A stretch of 64,000 bases of DNA from Macrostomum lignano (Eukaryota): positions 1 through 64,000 of the forward strand of contig NIVC01001599.1 of assembly GCA_002269645.1 (NCBI GenBank). The letters run 5' to 3'. The translations under genes were made by a program, and so were the position numbers. Every line of letters starts with the position of its first letter. The first letter of the stretch is position 1. The notes under the pieces are model-generated. The model was not told the DNA's origin and did not search any database. It worked only from the letters and a program-made list of their open reading frames with translations. This document shows positions 24,362-37,097 of the stretch, piece by piece.

Positions 24362-25548
24362 TGATCCCAAACCCCTTAGCTAATGATCCCAAACCCCTTA
24401 GCTAATGATCCCAAATCCCTTAGCTAATGATCCCAAATCCCTTAGCTAATGATCCCAAATCCCTTAGCTAAGCATCCCAAATCCCTTAGCTAATGATCCC
24501 AAATCCCTTTGCTAAGCATCCCAAATCCCTTAGCTAAGCATCCCAAATCCCTTAGCTAATGATCCCAAATCCCTTAGCTAAGCATCCCAAATCCCTTAGC
24601 TAAGCATCCCAAATCCCTTAGCAAAACATCCCAAATCTCTTAGCAAAGCATCCCAAATCCCTTAGCTAAGCATCCCAAATCCCTTAGCTAATGATCCCAA
24701 ATCCCTTAGCTAAGCATCCCAAATCCCTTAGCTAAGCATCCCAAATCCCTTAGCAAAACATCCCAAATCTCTTAGCAAAGCATCCCAAATCCCTTAGCTA
24801 AGCATCCCAAATCCCTTAGCTAATGATCCCAAATCCCTTAGCTAAGCATCCCAAATCCCTTAGCTAAGCATCCCAAATCCCTTAGCTAATGATCCCAAAT
24901 CCCTTAGCAAAGCATCCCAAATCCCTTAGCAAAGCATCCCAAATCCCTTAGCTAATGATCCCAAATCCCTTAGCTAAGCATCCCAAATCCCTTAGCTAAG
25001 CATCCCAAATCCCTTAGCAAAGCATCCCAAATCCCTTAGCAAAGCATCCCAAATCCCTTAGCTAATGATCCCAAATCCCTTAGCTAAGCATCCCAAATCC
25101 CTTAGCTAAGCATCCCATATCCCTTAGCAAAGCATCCCAAATCCCTTAGCTAATGATCCCAAATCCCTTAGCTAAGCATCCCAAATCCCTTAGCTAAGCA
25201 TCCCAAATCCCTTAGCAAAGCATCCCAAATCCCTTAGCAAAGCATCCCAAATCCCTTAGCTAATTATCCCAAATCCCTTAGCTAAGCATCCCAAATCCCT
25301 TAGCTAAGCATCCCATATCCCTTAGCAAAGCATCCCAAATCCCTTAGCTAAGCATCCCAAATCCCATAGCAAAGCATCCCAAATCCCTTAGCTAATGATC
25401 CCAAATCCCTTAGCTAAGCATCCCAAATCCCTTAGCTAAGCATCCCAAATCCCTTAGCTAAGCATCCCAAATCCCTTAGCTAAGCATCCCAAATCCCTTA
25501 GCAAAGCATCCCAAATCCCTTAGCTAAGCATCCCAAATCCCTTAGCTG
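24330..25548. repeat. 22-bp minisatellite (ATCCCAAATCCCTTAGCTAA(TG/GC)), about 55 copies
   Basis: Read directly. Confidence 0.95.
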
Positions 25549-25773
25549 AGCATGGTGACACTTTAGTTCCTTGGCACCAGTTGCCAGCAGTTGAAATGCG
25601 AAGTCTTTTGTCAAGTAGTTATGTACGCCTGTGCCATGAAATATATTTTATGAATTTTATCATTGGAGCGAGGTATTCATGCCTCGCTGTATTTTACAGA
25701 CATGTATCATCACTGTACTGAGCGTAAAATGAACGAAATCACCACGTATTTTTACGTTATCTCAATGAGTGAC

Positions 25774-26130
25774 GGACAGTGGCCGTAGCCCAGTGGTCTA
25801 GCGCAGGCTCTGGTGTGCCAGCGGTCCAGGCTCGATTCCAAGTGCAGTCACGTTAATTTGGGGCTAAATTGGATTCTCGGCTTGGCTCTGCTCGTGCAAT
25901 CAACGCCCTTGAGGGCCAACCCCCAAGGCACGGTGAAGTGTACTTGCCTAACGATAAAATAAAGTTAGGGCCGCTGTCCACTCCTTGCACTTGCGCTTGC
26001 GCTTGTGAGCCTACTCAGGGGAGTCTGCGGAATGGGCAGTAATGCCTCTCGCCGGTTGTGTGCCTATGTCGCTTAAAGTGCGCCAAGGTGCACACAACGG
26101 CCCTGCCTCTTCTACCTCTAATAAATAAAT
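25774..26130 (+). mobile_element. tRNA-derived SINE
   Basis: Pol III A-box TAGCCCAGTGG (25786) and B-box GGCTCGATTCC (25829), followed by a unique body and an AATAAATAAAT tail. No complete cloverleaf or acceptor stem. Confidence 0.65.
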
Positions 26131-26161
26131 GAGTTAGGGAATGAGGATACGCTTGAGTCTG

Positions 26162-27905
26162 AAAATTGGATTGGATGGGGTCAGGCAATTGGGTTGGATG
26201 GGGTCAGGCAATTGGATTGGATGGGTCAGGCAATTGGGTTGGATGGGGTCAAGCAATTGGGTTGGATGGGGTCAGGCAATTGGATTGAATGTGGTCAGGC
26301 AATTGGATTGGATGGGGTCAGGCAATTGGATTGAATGTGGTCAGGCAATTGGATTGGATGGGGTCAGGCAATTGGGTTGGATGGGGTCAAGCAATTTGGC
26401 TGGATGGGGTCAGGCAATTTGGCAGGATGGGGTCAGGCAATTGGGTTTGATGGGGTCAGGCAATTGGATTGGATGGGGTCAGGCAATTGGGTTGGATGGG
26501 GTCAGGCAATTGGATTGAATGTGGTCAGGCAATTGGATTGGATGGGGTCAGGCAATTTGGCTGGATGGGGTCAGGCAATTTGGCTGGATGGGGTCAGGCA
26601 ATTTGGCTGGATGGGGTCAGGCAATTGGGTTGGATGGGGTCAGGCAATTGGATTGGATGGGGTCAGGCAATTGGATTGGATGGGGTCAGGCAATTGGGTT
26701 GGATGGGGTCAGGCAATTGGATTGAATGTTGTCAGGCAATTGGATTGGATGGGGTCAGGCAATTGGATTGAATGTGGTCAGGCAATTGGATTGGATGGGG
26801 TCAGGCAATTGGATTGGATGGGTCAGGCAATTGGGTTGGATGGGGTCAAGCAATTGGGTTGGATGGGGTCAGGCAATTGGGTTGGATGGGGTCAAGCAAT
26901 TGGGTTGGATGGGGTCAGGCAATTGGGTTGGATGGGGTCAGGCAATTGGATTGGATGTGGTCAGGCAATTGGATTGAATGTGGTCAGGCAATTGGGTTGG
27001 ATGGGGTCAGGCAATTTGGCTGGATGGGGTCAGGCAATTTGGCTGGATGGGGTCAGGCAATTGGGTTGGATGGGGTCAAGCAATTGGATTGGATGGGGTC
27101 AGGCAATTGGGTTGGATGGGGTCAGGCAATTTGGCTGAATGGGGTCAGGCAATTTGGCTGGATGGGGTCAGGCAATTTGGCTGGATGGGGTCAGGCAATT
27201 GGATTGGATGGGGTCAGGTTGGATGGGGTCAGGAAATTTGGCTGGATGGGGTCAGGCAATTTGGCTCGATGGGGTCAGGCAATTGGATTGGATGGGGTCA
27301 GGCAATTGGATTGGATGGGGTCAGGCAATTGGATTGAATGTTGTCAGGCAATTGGATTGGATGGGGTCAGGCAATTGGGTTGGATGGGGTCAGGCAATTT
27401 GGCTGGATGGGGTCAGGCAATTTGGCTGGATGGGGTCAGGCAATTGGGTTGGATGGGGTCAAGCAATTGGATTGGATGGGGTCAGGCAATTGGGTTGGAT
27501 GGGGTCAGGCAATTGGATTGAATGTGGTCAGGCAATTGGATTAGATGGGGTCAGGCAATTGGGTTGGATGGGGTCAGGCAATTTGGCTGGATGGGGTCAG
27601 GCAATTTGGCTGGATGGGGTCAGGCAATTTGGCTGGATGGGGTCAGGCAATTGGATTGGATGGGGTCAGGTTGGATGGGGTCAGGAAATTTGGCTCGATG
27701 GGGTCAGGCAATTGGATTGGATGGGGTCAGGCAATTGGATTGGATGGGGTCAGGCAATTGGATTGAATGTGGTCAGGCAATTGGATTGGATGGGGTCAAG
27801 CAATTGGGTTGGATGGGGTCAGGCAATTGGATTGAATGTGGTCAGGCAATTGGATTGAATGTGGTCAGGCAATTGGGTTGGATGGGGTCAGGCAATAGGA
27901 TTGAA
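26162..27905. repeat. 23-bp minisatellite (GGATGGGGTCAGGCAATTGG(A/G)TT), about 75 copies
   Basis: Read directly. G-run-rich on the + strand. Confidence 0.95.
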
Positions 27906-28290
27906 TGGTGTCCTTAAACTCCCGATTCAAAGGTTGTTAATTAATTTTCTCAGATGTATATTTCACTGTGACGAGCCGGCACATCTGGATATATGCGCTA
28001 TATACAGTATATCTTATTATTACTATAATATAGGTATTCATTACTTGCGCAGTAAAATGATATGGTGACTACTGTAATGCTAGATGCATTGCTTCGTTTA
28101 TCTTATTACAAAAACAAATTGTCTTCAACAATTGCCAACAGAAAGTTTTTTATCTAATCTCCCTATTGCACAAGCGCGTGCATAAATATCGTTTTATAGC
28201 GTCCGTCTGCCTGTCCGTCTGCCTGTCCGTCTGTCTGCCTGTCCGTCTGTCTGCCTGTCCGTCTGTCTTCCTGTCCGTCTGTCTGCGTCG

Positions 28291-29032
28291 CTACTTCCGC
28301 CAGCTGCCGCTCTGAAAGTGAAAATTAAAAACACTATAATAATTTGTTTTAAATTCAGCAACATAAACACACTATACTGCTTTAAGAAGTTTCATCAGTA
28401 GAACAATCTGCGCATGAAAATTGTTTGTTTCATGGTCGACTGTATGCAAATGTACTTGTAATATTTATCTCACCTTCTGAGACCTCTCAATTACAAACTG
28501 TGCAGGTACATGTACATTTGTACATATGTGCTTTGCCAATTAGTGAAAACTGCAGCTTCGCTCACCGTGTGGATTTCGTAGATGCAGTTGCGCAGCCGGC
28601 CGCCGCAGAACTCGTCCCGGTTGCCGTTGCAGCGCAGGTTGCACTCCCGTTCGCTCTTCTGTCCGTACAACCCGTAGGTGTTGCCGCAGAAGCACAGGCG
28701 CCCGTTCTGCAGCCCGAAGTACCGGTAGCGGAGCCTGTCGCACTCCCTGTAGCAGAACTCTACCGACATGCGGCTGCGGGCCACGTAGTTGGAGAGGTCC
28801 CGCCGGCTGGTGTCGCCATAGCAACCAATGTAGGAGTACTTCGGCCCTGCGATCGATAGGAGAATGGAAAAAATAACCCCAGTTCAGTTGAAAGACAGAC
28901 AGACAGACAGACAGACATACATACAGACAGACAGACAGGCAGACAGACAGACAGACGGACACTAAGACAGACAGACAGGCAGGCAGGCAGACTGTCAGGC
29001 AGACAGACAGACAGACAGACAGACAGGCAGGC

Positions 29033-29075
<43 letters not shown>

Positions 29076-29189
29076 GACAGATGGACACTAAGACAGACAG
29101 ACAGGCAAGCAGACAGAGCAGACAGACGGACAGACAGAGACAGACAGACAGATGGACACTAAGACAGACAGACAGGCAGGCAGACTGTC

Positions 29190-29226
<37 letters not shown>

Positions 29227-29377
29227 GTCAGACGGACAGACAGGCAGACAGACAGAGACAGACAGACAGATGGACACTAAGGAAGACAGACAGACAGACA
29301 GACAGAGCAGACAGACGGACAGACAGAGACAGACAGACAGATGGACACTAAGACAGACAGACAGGCAGGCAGACTGT

Positions 29378-29412
<35 letters not shown>

Positions 29413-29571
29413 ACGCACAGACAGACACTAAGACAGTCAGACAGACAACACAAGGAATCAAAACAGGCAAATTGCCTGTCAAATAGATGCCTTACGGTAT
29501 TGTTCAGCAGTACAGCCAGCTATGAAGAACAGTGCTGCTGCAGCCAGATACAAAATGGTTAATTTCGACAT
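28291..29571 (-). CDS. Secreted single-WSC-domain protein, 125 aa; exons 29571-29496, 28846-28566, 28311-28291
   Basis: Spliced frame [22 protein letters not shown] (signal-peptide-like) then [15 protein letters not shown]...MSVEFC...C...[14 protein letters not shown]...[15 protein letters not shown]...IYEIHTSGSWRK*. Donors GTAAGG and GTGAGC, CAG acceptors, phases consistent. Cys pattern is typical of WSC. Confidence 0.88.
28891..29447. repeat. (AGAC)n-based compound micro/minisatellite in WSC intron 1
   Basis: Read directly, with an internal ~200-bp block duplication. Confidence 0.9.
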
Positions 29572-30398
29572 TTGCAATTTGTAGATACAGTAATTCAGCT
29601 AGATATAGTAGACAACTTTAAAAGATCTGTAGTCAGTTGTTGACGGCTGAAGTTTTAAATCTTGCTAAGCAATTTATAAACATTATGCCCAAACAACTCA
29701 GCATGAGTCCCAATTCGAAGGCAACCCCGCTAGCTACAGCAGATTAGATTACGCGAGCGACGCGAGCCTTTATGCCCGCGGTTTTTAAAATCTACGGGTC
29801 GATTTCTGCTCTGAACAGCAGTACAGATTGTCGGCATGGCAACTAAGGAAAGTAGAGACGACCTCTGCATTTTTTGGCATTTATGTGGTGCTCACATGGT
29901 AAAGATAAGCTTTTTATTTCATTATTTTACAAGATCAACGTTAAGTCGAGCATTTTACTGTGTAATTTGTGTGTCTGGTAAAATTGTGATGCACAGCTGT
30001 ATAGAGATTTTACCAGCTGACTGCATCCGTTGCAGGTTTGTTAAAAAACCCGGCCTGTTAAAAAAAAACAATTAACAGATCAGACTCAAGACTCGCTCAT
30101 AACTATATACATGTATTAATTTACATGTAAGTACATATCATGGACATGCAAAAATTGAAAGTGTGCCTGCACGTGTGTTACATATGTGTACATGCATTTT
30201 GGTAGGTGAAATCTGCATTTGCATGTACATTTCCGTGTAGTACGCAAAAAATTGAATCTCACGAATATATTATTAATATATTACAAATTTATGTACATGA
30301 TACCTACACATTTATAATCTTGAGGTACTTCGAGAACAATTTATACATGTACATATATGCAGAGCAATAAAACAGTCAAACAGTCATATGTTGCAGTA

Positions 30399-30791
30399 CC
30401 CCCTAGAGGACATTCTGTTTCTCAAACTTAGCAGAACTAGTCTCTGTGCCATTCTTAGCAGATCTTCTCAATCTGCTCGGTTCTTGCAGGATCTTCTACG
30501 ATGGGAGGTACATTTGTTTTGTTATTCATTTGGCTAAGTGTTCTGCTGAACTATATTTGATTTTATGACAAAATGGGACAATAAATTTAAGAAAATATGC
30601 GATTCGAAGCTATAAAAGGACATAAAAGATAAGATCTTATACGATGTAGCAAGTCGCCCAGATCTGGTAAGTTTACCTAAGTATTTATTATAGTAAAGAT
30701 CTTGCACGTTTTTGCAAGTTACTTGCGCAGCAACCCAAGAAGCTGATAGACAAGATCTGCTAGAATCAACAAGTCAATGTCTTCTAGGGAC
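30399..30791. mobile_element. Possible MITE, TIR CCCTAGA(G/A)GACATT, TA flanks
   Basis: 30401-30414 is the reverse complement of 30776-30789 with one mismatch. Internal TAGCAGATCTT motifs are mirrored. Confidence 0.45.
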
Positions 30792-32599
30792 TAATATATG
30801 TTGTTGTATTGCTATTTTGTGTCGAAAAATATACGTCTGTTTAAAAATGCAATTGCATTTTTATGTTTACGTCAACTACATGTAAATGTGTATGCCAGTG
30901 TGCACATTTTTAATTCCCAAGTCGATCATACTTGTATTTTTTGAGCCAACAAAGCCTAAAAAATTCTTCAAAGTTTTCCTAACTATTGTACAGCACCGCA
31001 TATGCAGTAGACATATGATACATCTACCATGACTGTCAATGTCTGTCAATCCAACCTTATATACATGCTTGTACATGTGCCAAATTGTATTTTTTTAATG
31101 TTACATGTAGCACTATAGCTTAGCTACCGATTCATCTTCACCCAGCACAACTCCTGGGGAAGAGGTCGGCTTCTTGTTCTAAAGTGACCTTCATTTTTAT
31201 TATATTTTTTGCGCTCTCAAAAGTCCGACTTACTGGAACTCTAAAAAGACCATTGCGTGAGCCCGCATGCGCCTTTCAGCAGTTTAAACAAAAATTCACA
31301 GTTCTCATTTATATGAGTGATAAAATCAACGTAAATCCATAAAATATCTTGTAAAAGTTACAATTTATTACTTTGCTTTGGGTAAAAATGTGAATTTAAT
31401 ATTTTCATATTCATGGGGAATTTTTAACTTAAGGAGACGATGCCAATTTTTAGATCCTTGTTAACTGTTGTTCAACTACATATCCGTGTGCCAATTATTT
31501 CAAAGGCTGTATAAATTCTTTAACGGCTAAATGCTGAATCAATAAATCAAAGTAATTTGAACCTTATAGTATAACACTTTATGCCAACCTCATCTCATCT
31601 GAATCGTCTACTGATTTATTTAAATTCAATTTATTCAGTTGTCATCACCTTACCTAAAGTAAAGACCAATTTTCTAGCCTCCTAGCTCCAAAGCATAAAG
31701 CAAGCACAAAGTAGTTAGCTACTTTGCTAATTAAGCTATATTTAATCCAGGCTTTCTATATTGAAAACTTGAAAATGCATTAAGTATGGATGATGTAGGC
31801 CTGATTTTTTAAGTAAAATTTAGAAGCCTGATGGCGATGCTTTAAAGCAGAAGTTATGAGTATGATTTTTGTTTGTTGCATTATCCTTCTGAATAATTTT
31901 CAGACAGTCACTTTAAAATTATTGAAAAAGCTATTGCTAATCTAGTAAGCCTATTGTAATTTTTAAACTAGAATTTCATCAACATGTATACTATATTATA
32001 TATATAGTGATCATCCCATTTGGCATTAATACTGAATATTATTTGTTAGTATCTCATAATCTTTTACTATACTCCATTGCCATTTTATAGACTATAAAAT
32101 CTAATATGAAAAAATAAATTTATAAGTTGCAATTTTGTAATAATAAAATATATTAAAATGAAATAATAGATAAAATAAAAAGTTTCAGTAAGGCATAACT
32201 GCCATTGAGTTTCACTACTACAAATTTTTTTTTCTTTGACCTAATCTATATCCAATCCATAGGTGTACCTAGATTTTTCTTATAATAGTCTGACTACTAT
32301 GAATATCCATAGTTAATTAATATCCCTAGGCTATAACCTATAACTTGATATCAATAATTGAACTTATTACTTATTAATAATGTCTCATTTAATTACCTTA
32401 ATATATAAGAAGAATGTCTAAACTTGTATTGTTTGAACACCTGACCCTAGGGACTTTAGAGTTCCCTTCTTAAAAGCTACTGGCAAAATTTATTCATTTC
32501 TATTGCTTTACCACCGTCTGCCGAAGTGGCCACCATGTTGCTACTATTGCGCGTTCAGGGACGCCAACACGCACAGCCACTTTGCTAGCACTTTCATCA

Positions 32600-34835
32600 C
32601 TGCACTTGGTGGCAAGCGTGGAGGTGCTTAGTACGCGGAGGTATGCACTGCAGTTTGAGCCACCGCGGAACAAGCAGTCCTGCTAATGCGACCAGCCTAG
32701 AGAGAGCAGCCGGTATGGCGAGCCGACCCCGCAATTTGGCAAGCGAGGGAAGAGCTGGAGAGACACCGTTTGAGCAGGCGACCAACACGCGAGGCAGAGG
32801 AGGCTCTGCTGCTGGGCCCGATACCAGAGGCCGCGTGGCCTGGTCGGCTATCAATGCTCTGACAGGGCGAAAGCGGCGCATTCCGCTAAACCTGGCAGGC
32901 GACTCTGCGGACGAGCGCAGGAACGAGCTGCGTGAGTTCTTCGACGCCGTTGTCAACGCGCCGCCACCCCCGCTGCCAGACAGTCTGACGCTGCCGCCGG
33001 AGATGTCGTTGCCGGCAAAGGAGAGCTTCAGCCTAGCACCAGTCAGCACAGCCGACGTTGTGAGGTTCGCCCAACAGTCACCGGGCGGGAAAGCGCTGGG
33101 TCCGGACGAGGTGCCCATCGAGGCGCTGCGCATCCACTGTGTGGCCAGTGGGGTCGCCAGCGTGATGAACTGCGTGCTTTTCGGTGAGGCGGCACCCAAC
33201 GAATGGACCACGGCGCACATCGTCGCAGTTCCAAAGAAGCCGGGCACCACGAGGCTTGAGGAGCACCAAGGCATCTGTCTGCAGTCCTGTGCTGCGAAGT
33301 TGTTCAACCGGTTGCTGTTATCGCGGTTGCAGCCCGTGCTGGATCCGTACCTGCGTCCTGAGCAGAACGGCTTCCGGCCCCATCGCGGCACAGTGACGCA
33401 GATCCTGGCTCTTCGGCGAGTCATCGAGAAAGCACGGATACGTCAGTCGATCCTGATTGTTATCTTTATAGATTTCAAGAAGGCATTCGACTCGGTCGTC
33501 AGGTCTGTGCTCCCAAAGGTGCTCCGTGCGTACAACGTGCCAGAGCAGCTGATTTCCGCCATCATGGCGATGTACCGTGATACGAAAGCTGCTGTTTCAA
33601 CACCAGACGGCCTATCGGACTTCTTTGAGACATTTTCCGGGGTGCTTCAGGGAGATACGCTTGCGCCGTTCCTGTTCGTTCTGGTGCTTGACTGGGTGCT
33701 GCGGACCGCTCTTCCTACCAACGATGACGGCTTTCTGTTACGGCGACGCGTCGGTCGACGTCAACCGGAGAGGCGGCTCAGCGTGCTTGGCTACGCCGAC
33801 GACCTCGCCTTGCTGTCCTCAACTGTCGAGGGCGCCCAGCGACAACTGGACAAGCTAGATGATGTTGCGGCGAGTGTCGGCCTGGTGGTCAACACGCAGA
33901 AGACCATCGTGCTCTGCGTGCCAGACGACATCGAGGCAGCGATTTTGTGCCGAGGCGCTGATGGACAGGCGACAGAGCTTCCGCGTTGTCAGCAGTTCGT
34001 CTACCTCGGCAATCTAGTTCCCGGTGTCCGCGAGGATTTGCGGCGTCGCCGCGGGCTCGCCTGGGCTGCCTTTCGTTCTGTGAGGGCAGCCCTGCAGTCC
34101 GAGGCCTTACCTGACCGCCAGAGGGCGGCGTTGTTCCAGGCGGTGATCGATACCGTCCTGCTGTACAACGCCGAGTCGCTGACGGAGTCGCTCGAGCAGC
34201 AAGTTGACGCGGCGCACGCTGGCCTGCTGCGCGCCGCCTTCAAAATCGGCGACAAGCGAGTGACCAACGCGGCTTTGTATCGCCGCGCCGGCCTGGTCCG
34301 TCCAAGCGACCTGCTGCGCCGTCGGCGACTCCAGCTGGCAGGCCACATCATCCGTGCCGAGTCGAACTGCCCAGAGCCGGTTCTTCTTCATTCTTCTTCT
34401 TCATCTTCGGGTCACGGACATTGTAGCTAGACGATGTAGCTAATAGGACCGGGTGCCTAGCACCATGCAGTCGGGGCGCTGACTCCGCGTGGGCGGACAG
34501 TAGATGGTAAAATCCAATTTGCGGCCTGCGGCGGGTGGCCAGAAAGCAAGGGAACCCGAGTCCCGGTGCGCAGGGCTCCTCCGCAGACCGACTTACGCTG
34601 TAAAAAGCGCCACCCACCGCCAACCTAATGGTGAGGGACAGCTCCAGGCTGCATACCCGGAGGTGAGACCAATTCGTCACCCCGTCGATGGCAGGGACGG
34701 ACGGAGCTCCTGCCACATTGGCGGGGTGTCCAGGGGCGCGACGTGGATGCTGGTCTCGTGCCACCCCCAGAGCCGGTGCAGGTGCTGCTGCTGACGCTGC
34801 AGGCACCCTACCGGCGGGGACAGGAGCGCGCCCTG
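32600..34835 (+). mobile_element. GC-rich 5'-truncated LINE (RTE-like) with reverse transcriptase ORF
   Basis: KALGPD, QNGFRPHRGT, FIDFKKAFDS, GVLQGDTLAPFLF, GYADD, FVYLG. The ORF continues as PEPVQVLLLTLQAPYRRG after a nested insertion is removed. Confidence 0.92.
34382..34765 (-). mobile_element. Nested antisense retro-insertion (SINE or LINE 3' fragment), 384 bp, GAA-type tail, 12-bp TSD
   Basis: CCCAGAGCCGGT occurs at 34370-34381 and again at 34766-34777. The tail reads TCTTCTTCATTCTTCTTCTTCATCTTC on +. Confidence 0.85.
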
Positions 34836-35211
34836 TGACGCTAACCTGCGTATTCTATTGTTGTTGTTGTTGTTGTATTGCTTTACCCTTCAAGCATAAA
34901 ATCAATGGCTCTAATAGTCTTTTAGTGGCCAATAATATTAAACACAGGAACTGTATATCTTCTTGCAACTTTCCATAGCCATACCTGCTGCTATGGTAGA
35001 GTCAAATATATTATCAAATAATTATACTCTTTAAATACGAATAATAGGCCTATATCAGTTCTCTAAATTAAAACTGCAATTAGCTATGGAGTTATATCAT
35101 TATGCTTAGATTTTATTTTTGTATAAAAATGTGTCATCTATAAGCAGACAAAGCCATTATTGGGCCTGACAGATTCTATTGAAAATAATACAATGATTTC
35201 AGCCAACAGTC

Positions 35212-36456
35212 ATGGCATCTGAAGACAATTACTATGCCATCCTTGAGATCAACCCAGACGCTTCTGAGGCTGAGGTGCGCAAAGCCTACAGGCAAATGGC
35301 ACTTCGCTGGCACCCAGACAAGAATCAGACAAATCCTGATGAGGCTGAACGCCGGTTCAAACTCATCAGCGAGGCCTACGAGGTATTGAAAATTCACGTT
35401 GATATATGTATGTTTTGCTATTATAATTAATCATCGCTTGACTCTACTGCTCTCAGTAGAAAAATTAGCACACGATAGAATTTTTATCAGAATACGTTAT
35501 ATTACTAATAATAGTTGCTTGACTCTACTTTTGTCAGTAGAAAAATTAGCACACTACAGTTATTTTTTAAGAAATAAGAAATAATCCGACCAAATATCTG
35601 CCAGGTTCTGTCCGACCCGGAGAAGCGGCGAATCTACGATTTCTACGGCAAGGAAGGCCTCGCTGAGGCGGCGGCGGCTGAAGAGGGTGAAACCAGGGCA
35701 GACGATTTCTTCCGCCGTCAGCAACAGCAGCAGCAGCAGCGCCAGCAGCAGCGACAGCAACGCAGCTATCAGCCGCGCCACGACAGAGATTGGTACGACC
35801 AGCATCAGTATCATTTCCGCGATCCACGCGACGTATTTCGCGACTTTTTTGGGCCGAGCGACCCGTTCTCGCGCATTTTCAACCCGGACCCGTTCAAGGT
35901 AAGAACAGCAACAATGTGATACGTGATATCGGATTAGTCGTAAGAATACTGCACAAATCCTCATTTTTCTACTTAGAAACTCTATATAAGTAGAGTGTTG
36001 CAGATATTCTTCATATTTTTTAATTGGCATTGTCGGTTAAATTTCCAACCAACCCATCAGACGCTAGAGGAGTCGATGCGCGACATCGGCGACCGGCACC
36101 GCGCCAGCAACAACATCGGAGGGCCCGGCAGCAACTTCTTTAACTTCGCCAACTTCAACCAGCACACCGGCGCCGGCTTTGCCTCGTCGTCCAATACGGC
36201 CGGCGCAGGCCGGTCGTCTAGAAACGCAGCCAGCAGCGGCCGAGGCGGCAGTCAGCGGTTCGCGCCGCTGCACTCCACCCGGGTGACGCAGACCTTCACA
36301 AACACGCGCGATGGCAGGCGGGTGGTGGTGCACAAGGTGGTGGAGAACGGGGTGGAGACGGTCACTGAGACTGTGGACGGCCGGGTGACGAAGAAAACAG
36401 TGGACGGCCGTCTTGTCGCTGGCGGTGACCAGCAGCCGAGCATCCGGGTCAAGTGA
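35212..36456 (+). CDS. DNAJB6: DnaJ/Hsp40, DNAJB6/B2-like; exons 35212-35382, 35605-35898, 36061-36456
   Basis: J-domain with HPD (ALRWHPDKN) and [14 protein letters not shown] across intron 1, [15 protein letters not shown]-rich linker, and a C-terminal S/T beta-domain ([33 protein letters not shown]). Phase-0 GT-AG introns. The symbol marks the subfamily, not proven orthology. Confidence 0.88.
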
Positions 36457-37097
36457 CCTCCCACTGGGAGTTCAGAGTTGAATCGGGCCTGATCAGTTTT
36501 TCCTTGAACTCGACAAAGCGGCACTGCGGTATTAAAATCATAATTTCGAGCGTACTGCTCCTTAACCACTGAGAATTGCCCATAACCCCAAAAATCGTCT
36601 TTAAGATACCGATAATCGCCCATACCACAGATACTAAAATAACTAGATGGGCAACTCGGGCATATATACTTAGTAAAACAGCTTTCTACTTTCAGTGCAG
36701 TAGCAAAGAAGAATACATAAGCTATTTTATAAAAATAAAGGCAGCTGAAATGACGTTGATAAGTTTAGAAGCCCAAAGCTTACAGGCGTAAACAACTTGC
36801 TAATTGGTCCAGCCATAATGTACATTTAGCCAGTCCACTGAAATGTACATGGCAGCTTTAGGCTGGAATTCCGAGAAAGGCAATAAAAATTGGGGCGGGG
36901 CGGGTGTAGTGTGGAAAGGCGCGTTTGGAGGGTGTTTTAAGCTGGAGAGGGGGCGGTTAGATCCAATAAATGACCCTTGGCTTTAAAAATGCTTCTGTTT
37001 TAGCTTCTGTTGCTAAAAAAGTTTAACTTACTACTGAACTGAAAGTAGCTTACACGCATATGTGCTGAGTGACCCATCTAATTATTCTAGTACTTGC

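Noticed and set aside
24330-25548. Interstitial telomeric repeat
   Set aside because: Contains CCCTTAG and CCCAAA but not tandem CCCTAA. It is a 22-bp unit, so any telomerase link is unsupported.
26141-27917. Trp/Gly-rich repeat proteins (WMGSGNWIG)
   Set aside because: The 23-bp period is not a multiple of 3, and the same peptide rotates through all frames.
30080-31100. Local enrichment of TACATGTA / CATGTA palindromes
   Set aside because: Low-complexity AT/CATG-rich context with no defined boundaries. Too weak to call an element.
35438-35555. Two-copy repeat TTGACTCTACT...CAGTAGAAAAATTAGCACAC in DnaJ intron 1
   Set aside because: A simple local duplication. It could be an incipient array, but two copies support no further claim.
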